NCBI RefSeq assembly: GCF_009834535.1
Contig: NC_045707.1
Coordinates: 47,804,001 to 47,868,000, forward strand
Reading direction: 5' to 3'
DNA length: 64,000 bases
Source: Camelus ferus
Taxonomy: Eukaryota
The notes beneath the pieces were generated by a model, which saw only the letters and a list, made by a program, of their open reading frames with translations, was not told the DNA's origin and ran no database searches. Shown piece after piece: positions 61,635 to 64,000 of the stretch. The first letter of the stretch is position 1. The number at the start of each line of letters is the position of its first letter. A program made the position numbers and the translations under genes.

Positions 61635-64000
61635 TATAAATCCTGAGCCAAGTCTCTTTCATTGTTGTAGGCCTTTTTAGTTTCAAGAGAAGATTTTTAA
61701 GTGTTTAGGATATTTTTCCCTTATTTTTGAGATGTTAAAAAGAAGGGAAAAAAGAGACAAAACACCAGCTCATCTTTTCTTGGCATGTAGACTCACACCA
61801 CTGTCCTAACCCAAATTTCTTTGGCCTTTTCTTCTTTTGGGGCAAGAGTTTCTCTATGTGAGTTGCCACATCATGTGGGTTTTGGGAAGGATAAGAGGGA
61901 AGCAAAAGACGCAGTGGGATAAGCAGGCAGAAACTGCAGTTGCCACTACTGGCAAGTTGGACCCAGCATGCTCCTTGGTGACCCTGATGGCTTCTTGCGA
62001 ACCTGTGATTCTGAGTCTCTGTGTCATAAATAAGTGGATTCTGGCTCCAAAAAGCCTCAGTATACCAATCTGGGAAAATGGGAACACTCTGATTTTTGAA
62101 ATTCTTGTTCTAAGTACTCTCTCTTCAGATCAAGAACGAGCTTGCTTCTTCTTAATAGTTCCTCTGTGATCACTGCTCCTGCAACCACCCTCTTCATCAC
62201 CATGGAAGCTTGACCTTGGAGCTTAATCCACCAAACTCCCTAGTCTTCTTTACTAAAGCCAATCTTTGGTAATGATTTATTTGAGACTGGTACAATGACC
62301 TTTTCTATAATAACAGCAGCAACAACAATAATAGGATACTAGCTAATATAGATTGAGCAGGTACTATTTGTGAGGATCATACTATGGGATAGGTTATATT
62401 ATTAACCATATGTTATAGAAGAAGAAACTGATAAATAGAAAACTGTAGTGATTTGCTCAGGTTTACATAGCGGGAGAAGCAGTTAAGTAGGCTCTTTAAG
62501 TGTAGAAGGCAAACTACCACTCATAAATGAACAAAGGCCCCGCCATTCATCCGCAGAGGTTTTAGCTGCCAGGCTGTCCCAGTAAAGTCTCATACCACAT
62601 ATAACCCATACCCTTTTGTGGACACTCTTCACTAATTCACCTGACTTGTACAGATCATGCTTTAAAACAGTGTCTGTTAACCCAGTGGTTGGTAAGAAGC
62701 TAAAATGGTACTCTGGTGTAATTTCAAAATGATCAGCATGAAGTGCTGTGCATAAACTTCAAGGAACACAGGAGAGATTTTGTAGCATATTAATATGATG
62801 ACTTAAAAAAAAAATCCTTACAAGACCAAGGCTGCTAATCCCTTCAGTTCACCCAAGCTGAGGGTGGGGAAACCCCAAGAAACAGAACAATCCAATCACC
62901 TTGTCCTGTAGCCCACATGCACAGCTGACTTCTGAGAAGTGAACTTAACTTTTAGAGGTTTCATGATCAGCTGCTGGACAACATGCGGCACCAACCTAAC
63001 CACTAATCTCAGATCTCGTAGCAACACAGATCGTCTGGAACCCAAAATAGTCCTGCCCAGAGCTCGTTCACTTCTTATCACTTGAGCAAGAGCCTGTGTA
63101 AGAAAGGTGTCTGTTAGCCAACAGCTGCTGATTCTCAGAGAAACGAGTGGATGTGTAGCTGCTTCCATTTAGTCAGTCACCATCTGTCTCAGCAGTATTA
63201 ACGCTTTTATTTCACCAGGCACCTCTAGCTATGCATATTTCTTTTTAGCCAGGAGTCCACTGGACTTTTTCAGATTCACTCCCACATGTGATATTTTCAC
63301 AGGGCTTCGCGTTGAATGAAATCCCCTTTAATCCCAACCCTTCTCCGCTTTATTGTATTTCTTAACATTTTCCTTTTGTAGAAACACATTAGAGGCCAAT
63401 CCCTAAGACCTTGAGAGAGACACACAAAAGAAAGTCAGACTTTGCTAGAGGATCTTTAACCTGCCTGGAGCTTTGATATCATCTGATTAGAGCTCCTCCT
63501 TTCTTCACCCTTTGGCCTCAATTAGAGACTCTGCTGCCATAAAGTGGATTACTCCTGAATAAGGGCACAGTGTCCACTGTGATAACATTGCTTCCATCCA
63601 GGAGAGCTATGAGACCTGCAGCCTGAGAACACTTTGCTTGATAGTAGGTACAATGCAGTTTTGACTAGAAATCTTATCTAAACTAATTGTTCTGGGCTTA
63701 CCCAAGAGCAATTTACGTCAGCAGGGGAAATCAATAAAGAAATACTAATGGAGAGCATTGTTGGAATTTGTTGCAAGGATGTATTGTTTTATGATGAAAA
63801 ACCAATAAAGATTTTTTAATTGTATATTTCTAGATCAACTAAATGGTTAGCTCCTGCACTAAATTTAATTTGAGGAAACAGTATGAAAAATCTTTATTTT
63901 TCCTTAACTTCTGCCAAGCTCCTCTTGAGTGGTTACATGCAGCCTCCATGTACCTTGTTGTTGAAAGGAGTGGATAGACACATTTATTCTCTGCAATTTT

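Noticed and set aside
62896..63168. 90-aa minus-strand ORF as a coding gene
   Set aside because: Peptide not recognised and no partner exons identified; kept only as a regulatory or first-exon candidate.

Overview
AT-rich mammalian non-coding DNA (intronic or intergenic). A tRNA-Ala-derived SINE resembling camelid vic-1 and the style of the young L1 3' ends suggest a camelid or other cetartiodactyl host. I recognise no intact protein-coding gene: the only interpretable ORFs are decayed LINE-1 ORF1/ORF2 pieces. Most of the window is interspersed repeats (L1, L2, CR1/L3, MIR, ERV1 and MaLR LTRs, hAT and Tc/Mariner MITEs) plus microsatellites. Repeat family names come from remembered consensus similarity, not a database search, and boundaries of old repeats are approximate. 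Three structures stand out. (1) A 487-bp inverted repeat (21308-21794 / 25726-26212) encloses 3.9 kb; its inner 375 bp are identical although it lies in very old repeat DNA, which suggests gene conversion or an invertible segment. (2) A minus-strand ORF1-only (HAL1-like) retroelement has a 3' region made of inverted L1 ORF2 sequence carrying an apparent A>G (ADAR-like) mutation cluster. (3) A 102-bp direct repeat brackets 746 bp of unexplained DNA. A few weakly supported small-exon and enhancer candidates are also reported.
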